Shown: positions 42,001-53,310 of the stretch, in pieces | Position numbering within the stretch: the stretch's first letter is position 1 | How the letters are laid out: every line of letters begins with the position of its first letter | Source of the DNA: Girardia tigrina | Taxonomy: Eukaryota | Reading direction: 5' to 3' | DNA: 64,000 nucleotides | Assembly: GCA_001938485.1 (NCBI GenBank) | Contig: MQRK01229935.1 | Location: 12,615-76,614 of the forward strand | Program-made: the position numbers and the translations under genes | The notes under the pieces: model-generated | Databases searched by the model: none | What the model was told of the DNA's origin: nothing | The model's input: only the letters and a program-made list of their open reading frames with translations

Positions 42001-45000
42001 ATAATTATAATATAATTTACTGATTAAAACTCCAAAATAACTGACTTTCTTTTCTTACAATTTCCATGACATTTCGTCGCATGATTCATAATTGAGCTAT
42101 TTCTACTTGATTGAGTGTATTCGGCAATTCTTGTACTATTTGTCTCTCCAATGTACAAGGATTCACACTTGTGACATTTATATTGGTAAATTAGATCAGC
42201 TTTCATACTCAATAGTGTTTTAGCTTTATTAAAAAAGTAGTTGAAAATTTATTTATTGGAAAATAATGCATTACTTTTAACTTCCACTGGAGCACGTTCC
42301 TCGAGAACACTTTTATGTAATTTTGCAGTATTTTTTTCTTTTTTCTGTTACATTAGTCATACTGTTGGTGTTATTTGATTTTAAATAAATTGACTCTATA
42401 GTATTTTCAAGGAATATTTGTAATCAGTAATTGAAATTATAATTATGAAAAGATAATTACTAAAGCACTGTTAATTAAGTTTTTGAAATCTAGTTTAAAC
42501 GTGCAATGTGATTCATCCAATCAAATAAAAGTATTTTAACGTAAAACATGAATGAAGTTATTATAATACCAGTTGATTAGAATTCAGAACTGATGATGCC
42601 ATATGGACGAAACATGTTTTCAATAAATAAAAATATTAAATAGTTTTATTCTCGATTCCATTAATCTATCAAAAGGTCAAATAAGTATATCAAGCTAAAT
42701 GGGAAAATTGATTTTTAACTTATATAAATATTGTTTTTAAAAAATGAGTTTTCGATCTTATCGAAATTATTTTATTTGACTTTTTTAAGTTAGAAATTTT
42801 TTACGTTCCATCGTCCAGTTTGCTTTGTGGTGCACCTTATTCATTTATTATTCCGTACTTTATTATTAAAGATTATTAAATCCAGATAAAATAAGCGACT
42901 AAGTAATAATAATAATAATCTTTTCCGATCCTATACTTTATATTATCTACTTTTTCCTTTTGTATTATTATCAGATTTTGATAAAAGACACGCAAAAGAC
43001 ATTACTAAATTGAAAAAAAAAATTAAAATTGGAAAAATGATGAAAATAATTTCAATTTTGTTAAAACTTTTTTTTGATTAAAATAGCACTAAAAATATTT
43101 TAATAGGATATTTGTACTCATACAAGCAATTTTACCACAGTTCTATTTATATATTTAATTATTTATTTAGTTTGGATTTAATTTAACAAGTTCAATTCAA
43201 TAATTATGAATTTTTTTACAGTAGAACTTTAAAATTAATTAATTTTATTGTATGTATGTTTTTGTCTCCACATTTATTTTTAATTTTAAATAATAGTACA
43301 TGTATTTTAAGTTTAAAGGAAAAAGAATTTATGGAGTGGAAACAATAATTTTATAAGAGTATATTCTCTTCGAATGATTCTTTTTTTATAAAAAAAACAT
43401 TTTTAAAAACAATTTTTGAAAGGAGAAATAAAACATCACTTGAATATTAATTTGAATGAGGTTTAATAAAGTGATTTGGGAACAACTAGAAAGATGTATT
43501 ACTGGAACAAGAATGACTTCTTTATTTCACGAAAAGAAAACATCAGTTGCAGCAGTTCTAACAGATTTGTCAGATAAAATCAAAAACTTTTTAGGAACAA
43601 AAAAAGTATTTTTAATTACGTCTATCGATATTAAAAATTATAAATTCTGTTCGAATCCTTTCATCAGGCCAAGAAAAAGCTCGCATTACTGCATTTTTAA
43701 TAGCAATTGTTAGTTGCAATGATATCATTTTCGATATTTAAATTAGCATTCATAATTGTCAATTTTTTTATTAGCACAAAATAGTAATTTTTATTTAAAA
43801 TAAATTTTCGACTTTTTTTAATAATCAAATTCTGATTAAATTTGTAAAAATTGAAAGTTAAAAATGATATTTAAATCAATTAAAATTTATTCTAAAATAA
43901 TACGCATTTTGGAATTAAAATTAATTCTTGACAAAATATTTAAAATTTTTTGTTATTTAAAATTAACTCAATTTATTTTAAAATAATATTCATTTAAAAA
44001 ATTTAGAAAAAAACTTTATTCTACCATATTAAAAAATAATTATAAGTCAAATTTATTATTTCCAGAAATTATATACTTAAAAATATTTGAATTATATTAT
44101 TAAACTTGAAATCAAAGCTTAATTTAAAATATTTTTTAAATTATTTTTTAATTATTTCTAAATAAATAAAATTTGTCACCCAACTTCTCATAGCAATGGT
44201 AAATGGAAAAAAAATTAAATTTACTTAATTTTTATAGAGAAGTAAGAAATTTTGAATAACAGTAGCTTATGAGGATTTACAAATACCTGAGTTGTATCAT
44301 ATTCGAAAATTTGATAGTTTATTTTCCATTCAAAGAATATAAAAAATGTTAAAATCTCTTAGAAGTATTATTTTATATGTTTTAGTGGATGTAAAAAGTA
44401 TTGTGAACAGTAAACAAAAATGGTAGAATCCTCTAAAAATAGGAAAGGATTAGGAAGATTTAAAGATTGAATAATGAAGATATTTTCAAAAAAGTAAAAG
44501 AAAATATTCCTATGCACATGATCTTCTTCTGATAAAAATTTAATTAATTACTTAAAATTACTTAAATCCCTTTTACAATTTAAGTAATATTTCAATCATT
44601 TTCCTTTTATTTAAATTCATCGACTGATTTAGAAAGATAATTAAACATCCTTGTTGTAACATGACAAAAGGTAAGTGTTAAGAGCACCGATACAATCGCT
44701 ATGAACACATTTTTTTACATTCAGAGTCATCACAACTCTCAGCAGTTCTTTCATCATTGGTCATCATAATAATTAGTGTAGTCTCTGAATTCTAACAATG
44801 ATTATTCGAACAAATTATTATTTTAACTTTAAAATATTTCATAAAATTATAAAAAAAAATAATTAAACTAATTTTAAAATTATTCAAATTTCTAAAATGT
44901 TTTTTATTTAAAAATAAAGCATGCTTATTTTAAATTTTGAAAAATAATACTTATATTAAAAATTACTCAATATTGTTATTTTGTAAATTTATATTTTATC

Positions 45001-46291
45001 AGATTATTTATTTTTTCAAAATGTAATTAAAATATAAATTCTGTTGGAAGGATCAGTTATCGAAAATACAAAAAAGCACCAATTTTCAATCTGATTGGGT
45101 GAATCATAATTCAATTTCAGCACACTCAAATTAACACACCACATACATACACAATTTAGAATAATCATCGCAATAAGTTTTCAGATAAAATTCTTTTTTG
45201 TGAATACTTAATGGTCAAATTTCAACATGTTTTAAATGGATTAATAATTAATTAGTATTAAAAGAATAAGAGAAAAATATCTTTTTTAAAAATCCACTCT
45301 TCGTCTGATAGTTTAGTACGATTAAGATCATCAAAAGATGATAATTAAATCAAAACTTATAATAATTACTTATATCACCTTTGAACAAAAAAAGAAATTC
45401 TTTTTCAACCATTTTCCAAAAAAAAGAGAAAAAAACGTTTTATTTCTAATATAAATCCGAGGAATAATATTCTTGATTCTTTTTTTGTTTTACGTATAGA
45501 CACTCGATGGATAATGACTCTTTTGATAAAAATAGACAAAAAAAGGAAAGAGAAGTCTGTCATATTAGAAACTCATTCTTTCCGGATTTTAATCTGGCAA
45601 ATTGATAACAAAAATCTTTAGGAAAACAAAAACGACAACAACAAATAATTAGAGTAACTCAAGTACATCGAGTCCAAATGAATATACTTCTTCATTAATC
45701 TTTATCCGTCAACGCTTATTGTTAGTTCTTCATTCTGACGTTTTTTCTTTCGTAATTTTCAATTAAAACTGAAATTTATTTTTTTTTCTCTTGAAATATT
45801 CAGATATAATATTATTTTTATTTCAATGAAAACAATGACGATTTCTATTGAAATAAGAAAAGCAGTTGTTGTTGTAGCAAGACCGAGAGGACTTCGTTTT
45901 CTATTGCTGGTAAAGTAATCTTCACGCATTTGTGAACAACTATTGAAGGGTTAATCGGTCTTAATTTAATAATAGATCTATCGACTGTCTTCCTTTCTAG
46001 ACGAAAAATTATTAAAGCATTACAGTTTTATTTTCTTTCAGTTTTGTTGTGATGAGTTTTAAGAACCCCATAATAACAATGCAAACAGATGATGACTTAC
46101 TTAATTAATGAATACAGTTCTGACAGATATTTAGTCAATAGTTTCCCCAGATTAAGGGACTGTGACATAATTGAATGTGACATCATACAAGCAAATGTGT
46201 CAGTAACGTTACTTTAACAAAACTTTCTTTTTCCCTTTTAATTTATTTAAATATTGATACATTTTTTTCTCTTGTGTTATTACTTTACTTC

Positions 46292-46327
<36 letters not shown>

Positions 46328-49300
46328 CAAATATCACTTAAGTACATGATGAATTTTAAAAAGTCGTAAAATTGTAAAAGAATATTTTATTAAACAGAAA
46401 ATAATTAAAAAAAAGAAATTAATCTGAAAGGTTTTTTTCCTTGTAAAATTTACAAAAGAAACAAAAGACAAGTTTAATAATTTATTGTAAAAATATAATT
46501 ATTCTATTCTCTATTGAATATTATTGAAGTATTTATTTAAATCAAAAAAATTTATTATAGTTTTAGTATGGAGTTTTTGGATAATTTGTTGGAAGAATGA
46601 TTCTTAGGATAATTATTATTAGGATAATTATTATTATAAAAAGTTCTCAAAAAGTCTCCGTCAAATAACTCTTCGACACGAGGTATTTTTGATAGATAGT
46701 TTTATTTATATATCTTTGAATAATATTCAACGATTGTGCGAAGTTTTTGCCGCCTCGTAAGATGTAGCGCCAACTAATTTAATTAATTTTCCCCTGTGGA
46801 ATTCGACATCTGAATTTTATATTTTAGGTCTATGAGGAATATTTTGAATAGTGCTTATTGTATGTTGCTTGGTTTTTTCTTTTAGAATTGTGTTTCTCCC
46901 ACCCAGATGGAAGATGGAAATTTTAAATGTTTTAAAACGTCATTAATATGATAAATAATATATCTAAAATATTTTTTTTAAATAATTGAAATTATAAATT
47001 ATATTGAAATAGAATTGTAAATAAATTTTAATTTAAATTTGATTAATAATAAGACGTTTAGAAAAAGAATTAAATTTATCAATCAAGAACAATGACTAGT
47101 TACAAGAGTTTTGTGGAGAATTGTCCTAGTGGCAATTCAAATTGTGATACAAATAAATGTATTGAAAATTCAATTAAAGTTCTTAATAAGGTCCAATTTT
47201 ATGTTCCTCCTTTTGTCGTTTTCTTGCACTGTGGATCAAAAAAAGAAATTCAACCGAAAAAAGTATAAAAAGTTAATTATTAAATAATTAATAATTTTTT
47301 GAACGATTTTTTTAATATTTCTTGAAATTGTAAAACAGTACGATAAATAAATAAAATTTTGGAAAATTTAATTGTATTCTTTTATTTATTGACTTATTTT
47401 TTATTGCTAAAACGAGTGATCTACTTCAAGTGATAAATTTGAACTATTTGTATTATCCACTGTTTTAGTAGACGCTCTCAAGAGCATTTACAACGCTGAG
47501 AAGCGTGGCAAGCAACGAGTGTTGATCCAACCGAGTTCTAAGGTGACTTCAAGTTTATTTGAATCACGATAATCATTGATCTACCAAGATCGTTGTCGAA
47601 TTGAACGGCAGAATGACCCCATTATAAGATTCCAAGCCGTTTTCCAAAATAAAATAAGACTTTATATGAATTTTACGAGGTATATTAATTACAAAATCAA
47701 TCAACCATATTATTTAAATGTATAATAATTAAATAAACATATATTATTAAAATTTTCTATAATCTAAATATTTACATATTAAAACTGTATAAATAGAACG
47801 TCAAATATGTTCGCATTAGTCTTACTAGATTCTAGTGACTTAACTCAGCTAAATCTGTTAAAAAGTGTCCTTTTGTTGTAGTTTTTAATCATATTTACAT
47901 GAAATTGTGGTTTAAATTATTTTAATCTTTCTGACTGCTAGCATGGTAAGACACACCAAAGTGATTAATGAACAATTTTTTCATTAACTGAAGCATTTCC
48001 ATATGTGTAGACTTCTACCTTCACTTTGTAATTTACGTTGCTTACATTGAGTATTACACCCTTCATTAGGAATATACCGCACTAGAATACGTCAACCCAC
48101 TGTTGATATACGTCATTCATTTGGCCATAATATCTTTTTTTCCAATAGTCATCTTCCACGTTTATTCTTCTTATGGCTTTACTTTACACGTACTATTTGC
48201 GGTTTTGTACTAAGATCAAAGTTGCGCTTTTCTGAAACCATGAAAATATGTATAATTCATGAAGTTTTCGTATAACTGTGAGCTTACAGAATTCAATGTC
48301 CGAAACTTTATGAAAATTAAATGTAATATTTTTTTATTTACTCTAGCAGGTTTCTTGAACTTCTCAGAGTATCTCTCAATAATACTTAGTCGGATCTTTG
48401 AGTTGCTTTTCCTTTCTGGTCAACTCTATAATACTTAAATTTGTCCGCTATTTTAATCGTTAATGACATGTTGTACACCTTCGATAAAATACATAAAACC
48501 AGTAAAGTCCTAAAATGCTCCTTTTAATTCTTCTTCATTGTTTCGTGATTATGGATCATATTCATTTATGTTACATAAAAGTTTGGATGCGCTTTCCGAA
48601 AATTTTAAGTGTATCAGATCTATTTCTATAATAATAGAAAAGTATTCAAACGTTGTGAAGTAACTTTTTATTAATAATATCTTTGTGATTCCTCCCACTA
48701 CAAATTTCTTGGTGTAGTGTAAATTTCTGTGTCCGTTTGATTCCAGTTTTATTTATTAATCTTTATATCTCTTTACCCTGATATTTATTCATCTTTTTTA
48801 TGATACACAATAATCTCAGTTATAAATTGTGTCATAGAGAAATTTAATCATGGATGCTTCAAAATTATGTTTTCACTGGGCTTCTGTGCAAGGGTATAGC
48901 CGAAGTGTATGTACCCCATATATTTTCGGATATGTGTCGACAGTATTCCTATAATTGCTTTTCTTTTTAATTCTTCAAATGTTTTGTTTCTTCTAACGTT
49001 TTACAATTTATTCAAAATTTATTTTACAATGTGTTCTGCCATAGGTTACGTTAAGAATTTCGCACATTATGAGACATTTTTCGTGTTACCCTCTACTATG
49101 AATATTAAACATGGTGAATGGAAAATGAGCCTAAAAACTGGACATAGTGGAAAAAATCCAAACACAGCAAAACTTTTAATACAAAAATCATATAATGTTT
49201 CTTTGAGCGACAATTGTTTATATTTTCTGTGATCATAAATTAATAATCATAAATTAACATGATAAATTATTTATTATCGAGTATTTTGAAAAGTAATTGT

Positions 49301-49625
49301 TGAAGTTTATTGATGATTAAAATAATTTTATTAAAGATTGCAACAGTTTTTTAATGGTTCCAAGACGTTTATTAAAGATCGAAAACCCCAATAATATAGA
49401 AAGGTCGATGTAAACAAAAAAGGGATGTCCTAAATTTGTAAATCATATATAATTTTTACATATTAAGAAAACTAATTCATTGAAAAAGGAATAATCAAAT
49501 ATAAATAATAAATATTTTGTTTCTATTTTATGATATTATAAAAAATAATAACGTTCTTTATATATTTTTTAAAATACTTGTATCTGTTTTTTTAAGCTTA
49601 GAATGAAAAAAATAATAAACATAAC

Positions 49626-49658
<33 letters not shown>

Positions 49659-52353
49659 ATAACTTTTTTGAGATAATGAAAATTAAATTATTTATCTTTA
49701 ATATTTTACCTTGATTGCTCTGCCCTCTATTTTTCAGAAATACATAAAGGAGAATAATAAGAACGCCGCTGAATACTATGAATAAAATTGCTGCTAATCC
49801 ATAAAGCAAAGTTAGACTGTTGGGCTCTTTAGTTGGATCATTGTCTATGGGTAAGAGATTAATTGTTTTTTTATCTGAAATCATTTCAGTGGACATTGGC
49901 TTTTTATTACTTTCATAACGAAGGTAGAGAGTAGCCATTTCTGTTTGAGGCGGATTTCCGCCATCTGAAGCTTGAATTAGTAGTCTATCAGGATTGAGTT
50001 TCTTTTCTAATAACTGTTTACTAAGAATGAGTTTTCCCGATTGATGAAGCTCAAAAGTAGATTTAATTGGTTCTCCGGCTACTAATTTATACGTAACAGT
50101 TCCGTTAATTCCATTATCAGGATCTTTGGCTTCAATTGTCGCCAGAATACTCCCAATAGAACTTTCTAAACTCAGATTTATGTAATTTTTGTTGTGAATA
50201 CTTGGAAACTCGAATTTCGGTCTATTATCATTAACATCAAGAACGTTAATTATTACAGTCGTTACGGAGGATAAAGGTGGGCTACCATTATCCGTGACAA
50301 TAATTTCAGAATGAATGGTTTTCGTTACTTCTCTATCAACGTTACCGTAAATTGATAGTTGACCATCTGAAGTTATTTGCAAAACATTTTTACGAGAATC
50401 CAACGATTTGCTTGGAGAAATTTTAAAATTAATTGATCCATTTAAACCAAAATCGGCATCCGTTGCATTAATTTTACCAAGATTTTTATGAATTGTAATA
50501 TGACCGTTACTTTCGGTAATCTCAAAAATAAACTGCTTGTCGACCTCCGGTTTACAATCGTTTACGTCGAGGATGAATATCTTCACAGTACAAGAACCAG
50601 TTAAAGGGTCTTTCCCATGGTCTTTTGCAATTACTTGAAACTCGTAAGTATCAACACTTTCCCGATCTAGTTCGTTATTTGTCTGAATTTGTCCCTTACT
50701 ATTTATTGAGAACATGTCTTTGGGAAATTTATCATTTACTGAGATTTCATACGAAACTCTTCCGTTGTCGTTTATATCTGGATCTTCGGCTTTGACTGAA
50801 GCAATAATACTTCCAATTGGTATATTTTCTTCAACTGAAAAAGTGTAAATCTGTCTTGGGAATTCCGGAGCGTTATCGTTTATATCAAGAATGTGAACCG
50901 TTAAAATCTGAGTATTCGATTGAGCAGGGGTTCCTTTATCGGTACACGTTATGATAACTGAAAAACTTGTTTGTTTTTCTCTATTAAAGGTAACTCCTTC
51001 AAGGGTATTCAAGGAATATAAAACCCAATTTCCCGAATTTCCGCGCAGTTTCTTTCGATGGAGACTTTTCAAACTAAAATTTTGTTGATCATCAATGACA
51101 CAATCGAATTCTGAGTTTACATTTCGATCAGGATCAGTCACAATGACGTTCGTTAATTTCACAGATCTCATCTCATTTTCATTAAAACTTGGATTTCGAG
51201 TTTGAATTTCGATATTTGGTTTATTGTTGTTACAGTCAAGAATTTTAACGTACACTGTCTTCGTGCTAGACTTTCCTCCGCCGTCTTTAGCTACAATTTC
51301 TACTTCGAAGTCAAAGGTTTCAATATCTTTCAATTTCATTGTATCAATAAAGAGTATATTTGAGGAAATATGAAACAAGTTGGTTATTTTATCATTAGAT
51401 TTGGATTTTTCACTTATCTCATAGGTAATCCGACCGTTTTCTGTGCTTGGGTCATCCAAATCATCGGCTTCCAGTTTTAAAATCTCTCTTTGCATGGAGC
51501 ATTCTTTCACTTCAACGGAATAATGAGTATTTCGCCATATTGGAGTATTATCATTGACATCCAAAACTGATATTGAAATTTTACAGTCTCCATGCTTTCC
51601 TTTTTTATCCCAAGCAATTAAGTTAAACGAAAACCTGTCCACCTTTTCCCGGTCCAGGAGCTTAACGATTTGTAACACAGGGGTTATCAAATTATCCTTA
51701 TCTTTTTGATTGATTAACTTAAAATATTCGTTGAAATTATCGTCGGATTTCGTGTCGTCTGCAAATCTAACCGAATAGCGGTCAATACCGTTCTCCAAAC
51801 TGTCTAAATCGACGGCTTTTGGCAGATGGTATTTCGTTTGGACACTGTTTTCGCCCTCATAAATCGTTAATTGCTTCGATTTTTCTTTAAAAATCGGTGA
51901 ATTATCATTAATATCTTTGATATATAATGAAAATTCTTTTGTCAAAGATTGATAAAGCAAAATATAATCAACTTTACAATCATCTGTCTCCAAATATGGA
52001 CACAATTCTTCCCGGTCAAAGACCGATTTGATAATGATATCTCCGGTTCTTCTGTTGATCTCCAAATGGTTATGACGACTACTCTTCACGTCCGAAGGCA
52101 TCAAATCTACGTACTGGATGATGGACCGGTTCTCATTTGGTAAATCCAGAATCTTAAATATATTTATTAAAGGTTGAGAATCCAACTGATGTTCGGTCAC
52201 ATTAAACGTTTTAAACGTTTCGATATTTCTGATCAAAAAATGAACCCATGTCGACAAAAAAACCCAATCTAATAATTTGTTTTCAAAAGAAAAAGACAAA
52301 TTAATTTTTTTTAAAACGAAAATTAACTTACAAATTTTAATCGATAAGTGCAT
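3656..52353 (-). CDS. Protocadherin (7 EC repeats, TM, PDZ-binding C-terminus); spliced model join(52353-52332, 52268-49710, 36609-36545, 8412-8358, 4092-3656), 1045 aa
   Basis: All junctions are GT-AG with matching phases (1,1,0,1). Total 3138 nt = 1046 codons including the stop. Extra frame-neutral exons cannot be excluded. Confidence 0.75.
4194..4264 (-). CDS. Candidate alternative protocadherin exon ([23 protein letters not shown])
   Basis: Acceptor ttcatatag|GT TCT in phase 1, the same phase as the terminal exon; possible donor GA|gtattt at 4181. Confidence 0.4.
5443..5484 (-). ncRNA. Degenerate minimal hammerhead-ribozyme motif (Penelope-type)
   Basis: Minus strand TGC-CTGATGA-T-GACGGATATTCTTTC-GAAATATATT-GTA followed by AATAAA; stem II is degraded. 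Confidence 0.45.
6314..6715 (+). CDS. Acidic, proline-rich ORF of unknown origin inside the CpG-rich insert
   Basis: 133 open codons (TTG start); DDDD and PPPPPP tracts; no recognisable domain. Confidence 0.3.
   Translation: MLSDDDDEIPPPPPPLIDSRNNIIDLSTLYQLIIDDDQSSDRIYNHSDRSKKSSIIEIRDGDDEDESISSPAAPLPSSSPPASNNNNRSIVGHKRPDRVLALPVRAGARRPPVDRSLALPTGPAFGQLRTLTD
6894..6930. repeat. Perfect palindrome, 17-bp arms with 3-nt loop
   Basis: ATATCATAAAATTGAAT-ttt-ATTCAATTTTATGATAT. Confidence 0.9.
8358..8412 (-). CDS. Protocadherin internal exon, 55 nt ([18 protein letters not shown]+G)
   Basis: ttgttttcag| acceptor and |gtgagc donor; GC-richer island; phase 0 to 1. Confidence 0.8.
8955..9474 (-). mobile_element. 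Solo-LTR-like element (TGTGAGG...TAATA family), copy A
   Basis: Family termini, shared internal motifs, 5-bp target duplication ATAGA (8950-8954 and 9475-9479). Confidence 0.8.
10077..10550 (+). mobile_element. Gypsy-like PBS/gag remnant
   Basis: PBS-like TGGCGACC overlapping an ATG ([26 protein letters not shown]), then a degraded frame. Confidence 0.45.
13535..14521 (-). mobile_element. Mariner transposase pseudogene
   Basis: Minus-strand remnants QDNAPVH, HPAYSP and [19 protein letters not shown], with frameshifts and stops. Confidence 0.8.
14600..15010 (+). mobile_element. piggyBac-like transposase remnant
   Basis: Heavily degraded blocks resembling piggyBac core motifs (SG..Y and HFD). 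Confidence 0.3.
16300..16680 (+). mobile_element. Mutator (MULE)-like 3' remnant
   Basis: [12 protein letters not shown] at ~16472-16510 resembles the MULE C-terminal HPxIWxFI motif; short GC-rich subterminal repeats at 16628-16675. Confidence 0.45.
18316..19554 (+). mobile_element. pogo-family DNA transposon (Brinker-type DBD plus CENP-B HTH), internally deleted
   Basis: TA duplication; 25-bp TIRs CCCTAATTTCTTG..TATAACCCGC; repeated subterminal [32 protein letters not shown]...[15 protein letters not shown] is joined directly to [13 protein letters not shown], followed by an acidic tail; one stop at 19050-19052. Confidence 0.92.
21322..21689 (-). mobile_element. Mariner transposase N-terminal part (remainder in an assembly gap)
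   Basis: [17 protein letters not shown]...GRP...WVPHDL, uninterrupted up to the N gap. Confidence 0.9.
24064..24711 (+). mobile_element. Solo-LTR-like element copy B
   Basis: TGTGAGG...TTAATA with 5-bp duplication CTAAC (24059-24063 and 24712-24716). Confidence 0.8.
24092..24483 (+). repeat. Tandem duplication of a 196-bp unit
   Basis: 24092-24287 is repeated at 24288-24483 with only about 2 substitutions. Confidence 0.9.
29119..30420 (+). mobile_element. Mariner pseudogene
   Basis: TIR-like TATGTTGATGCATAAGTT; degraded WVP, VTGDEKW and HNARLH motifs. Confidence 0.8.
29169..29401. mobile_element. piggyBac-type MITE nested in the mariner 5' UTR
   Basis: TTAA target duplication; perfect 13-bp TIR CCCTACAATGCGC; 233 bp; no ORF. 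Confidence 0.88.
30591..31250 (-). mobile_element. hAT-like transposase remnant
   Basis: Degraded RWN motif near 31115 and a CAGG terminus at 30591. Confidence 0.35.
31374..31450. repeat. (ATT)n microsatellite
   Basis: About 25 uninterrupted trinucleotide units. Confidence 0.95.
33760..34269 (-). mobile_element. hAT element 5' fragment (CGGBP1-like zinc finger)
   Basis: Terminus TAGGGCAACCGGGTTGC; ORF FPREF...[10 protein letters not shown]...KHKSSKKH (C2H2/BED-like). Confidence 0.7.
34270..34719 (+). mobile_element. Mariner 3' fragment
   Basis: [10 protein letters not shown] (degenerate LLHDNARPH) and a TIR-like end ...GAACGACCTAATA. Confidence 0.65.
36545..36609 (-). CDS. Protocadherin internal exon, 65 nt ([22 protein letters not shown])
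   Basis: tattttag| acceptor and |gtaagt donor; phase 1 to 0, which exactly bridges the large exon and the 55-nt exon. Confidence 0.8.
38691..39015 (+). pseudogene. ADP/ATP carrier (SLC25 ANT/AAC) 5' fragment pseudogene
   Basis: [10 protein letters not shown] and [22 protein letters not shown]; premature TGA; truncated after about 105 codons; antisense within a protocadherin intron. Confidence 0.9.
40680..41372 (-). mobile_element. Penelope-like fragment flanked by inverted pLTR ends
   Basis: [29 protein letters not shown] (GIY-YIG); ~80-bp inverted repeat at 40680-40760 versus 41295-41372 carrying hammerhead cores. Confidence 0.85.
42024..42300 (-). mobile_element. Penelope-like GIY-YIG remnant
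   Basis: [19 protein letters not shown]. Confidence 0.8.
42586..42622 (+). ncRNA. Minimal type I hammerhead-ribozyme motif
   Basis: GAA-CTGATGA-T-GCC-ATAT-GGAC-GAA-ACATGT-T-TTC followed by AATAAA; palindromic stem III (ACATGT). Confidence 0.6.
46831..47188 (+). mobile_element. Solo-LTR-like element copy C
   Basis: TATGAGGAAT...TTCTTAATA with 5-bp duplication AGGTC (46826-46830 and 47189-47193). Confidence 0.8.
47453..47645 (+). pseudogene. RPS15A: 40S ribosomal protein S15a (uS8) pseudogene fragment
   Basis: [28 protein letters not shown] ... [12 protein letters not shown] matches the uS8 consensus, with an internal deletion and stops. Confidence 0.85.
47900..49100 (-). mobile_element. Gypsy pol (RT/RNase H) remnant
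   Basis: Very degraded blocks resembling YFS.IDL and FLG..GFY. Confidence 0.4.
49710..52268 (-). CDS. Protocadherin large exon (EC1-EC7, TM, juxtamembrane)
   Basis: DREELC...C in EC1; six DxNDN-type linkers (DINDNSP, DVNDNTP, DCNNNKP, DINDNAP, DVNDCKP, DVNDNRP); [27 protein letters not shown]; donor CAA G|gtaaaa. Confidence 0.97.
52332..52353 (-). CDS. Protocadherin first coding exon (MHLSIKI), followed by a 63-nt in-frame intron
   Basis: T|gtaagt ... ttattag|AT; splicing yields a compact signal-peptide-like [20 protein letters not shown]. Confidence 0.7.
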
Positions 52354-52426
52354 ATTGAGAAAATGAAAATAAAATAAAATGATAAATAAAAAATAAAATT
52401 ATTTTAATTTAATTTGAAATGATTTA

Positions 52427-52463
52427 ATTGGTCGTTATTAAACACTAAATCAAATATGATTGG
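52427..52463 (-). promoter_or_regulatory. Tandem CCAAT boxes upstream of the protocadherin
   Basis: CCAAT on the minus strand at 52427-52431 and 52459-52463, 32 bp apart, 74-110 nt upstream of the ATG. Confidence 0.5.
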
Positions 52464-52759
52464 TTGAAAATAAATCTTTAATGTTAGAGCTTATTAAATT
52501 TGCTAATGAATCCGAAATCAACAAATTATTTTTTTTTAATTATTATAAAAAAATATATTTTATAAATATGAAAATTATTAATTTATATTTTATGGAGTTT
52601 TAGCTTATTGTATTTAGTAAATAAAAATACCGAAAACTTTTTTCGTAATTGTTCTATATTTAATAATTATTTAATTTAGTTAATAAAACACATGATTATT
52701 TTTAAAGACAGTCCAACATATGTAACATAATTTTTTATACAAAATTGAAACTTTAGTTA

Positions 52760-53050
52760 TATTAAGAACACATAAATGTATTTTCACTACATTTATTAAG
52801 ATCACAACTCGAATTGCCCCCAAGACAATTCTCCACAAAACTTTCTTTGTTAAACATCGTTCTCCATTGATATATTTTAGTTATACTTCTAAACCTCTAA
52901 TTATTCGAACAAATTTAAGTTATAATTTAATTTACAATTTAAATTACAAAATAATTTTAAATTATTTTCAAAAATATTTTAATTCTATTTTAAATATATT
53001 ATTTAAAAAAAACAACATACAATAAACACCATTCGAAATTATTCCACACA
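52760..53050 (-). mobile_element. Solo-LTR-like element copy D (internally deleted)
   Basis: Same terminal sequences as the other copies; flanks AGTTA and ACTAA (degenerate duplication). Confidence 0.7.
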
Positions 53051-53310
53051 ACTAAAATTTGTAAGTTTACTTGATATATTATATTTTTCTTTTGAACTTA
53101 AGAATTCTTTTAAATTAGTAAAAAGGGTATCCATGCTTTCTCTTCTTTTCTCTTCTTTATAAATACTGACACTGATCAAGTATTTCTGATGTTTTTCTCC
53201 TTCTGATCTTACTATATTTATTGTCATCCAGATTAACTGAAGTGTTTAATTGTTTACCCCAAAAGCGGGGCCCCTAACATGGTCAAAATAGTTCACTGTA
53301 AACTCACATA

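Noticed and set aside
49627-49709. C-terminus KILKINN...YIYIYI of the 908-aa ORF
   Set aside because: Lies after a GT donor and translates an (AT)n repeat; intronic.
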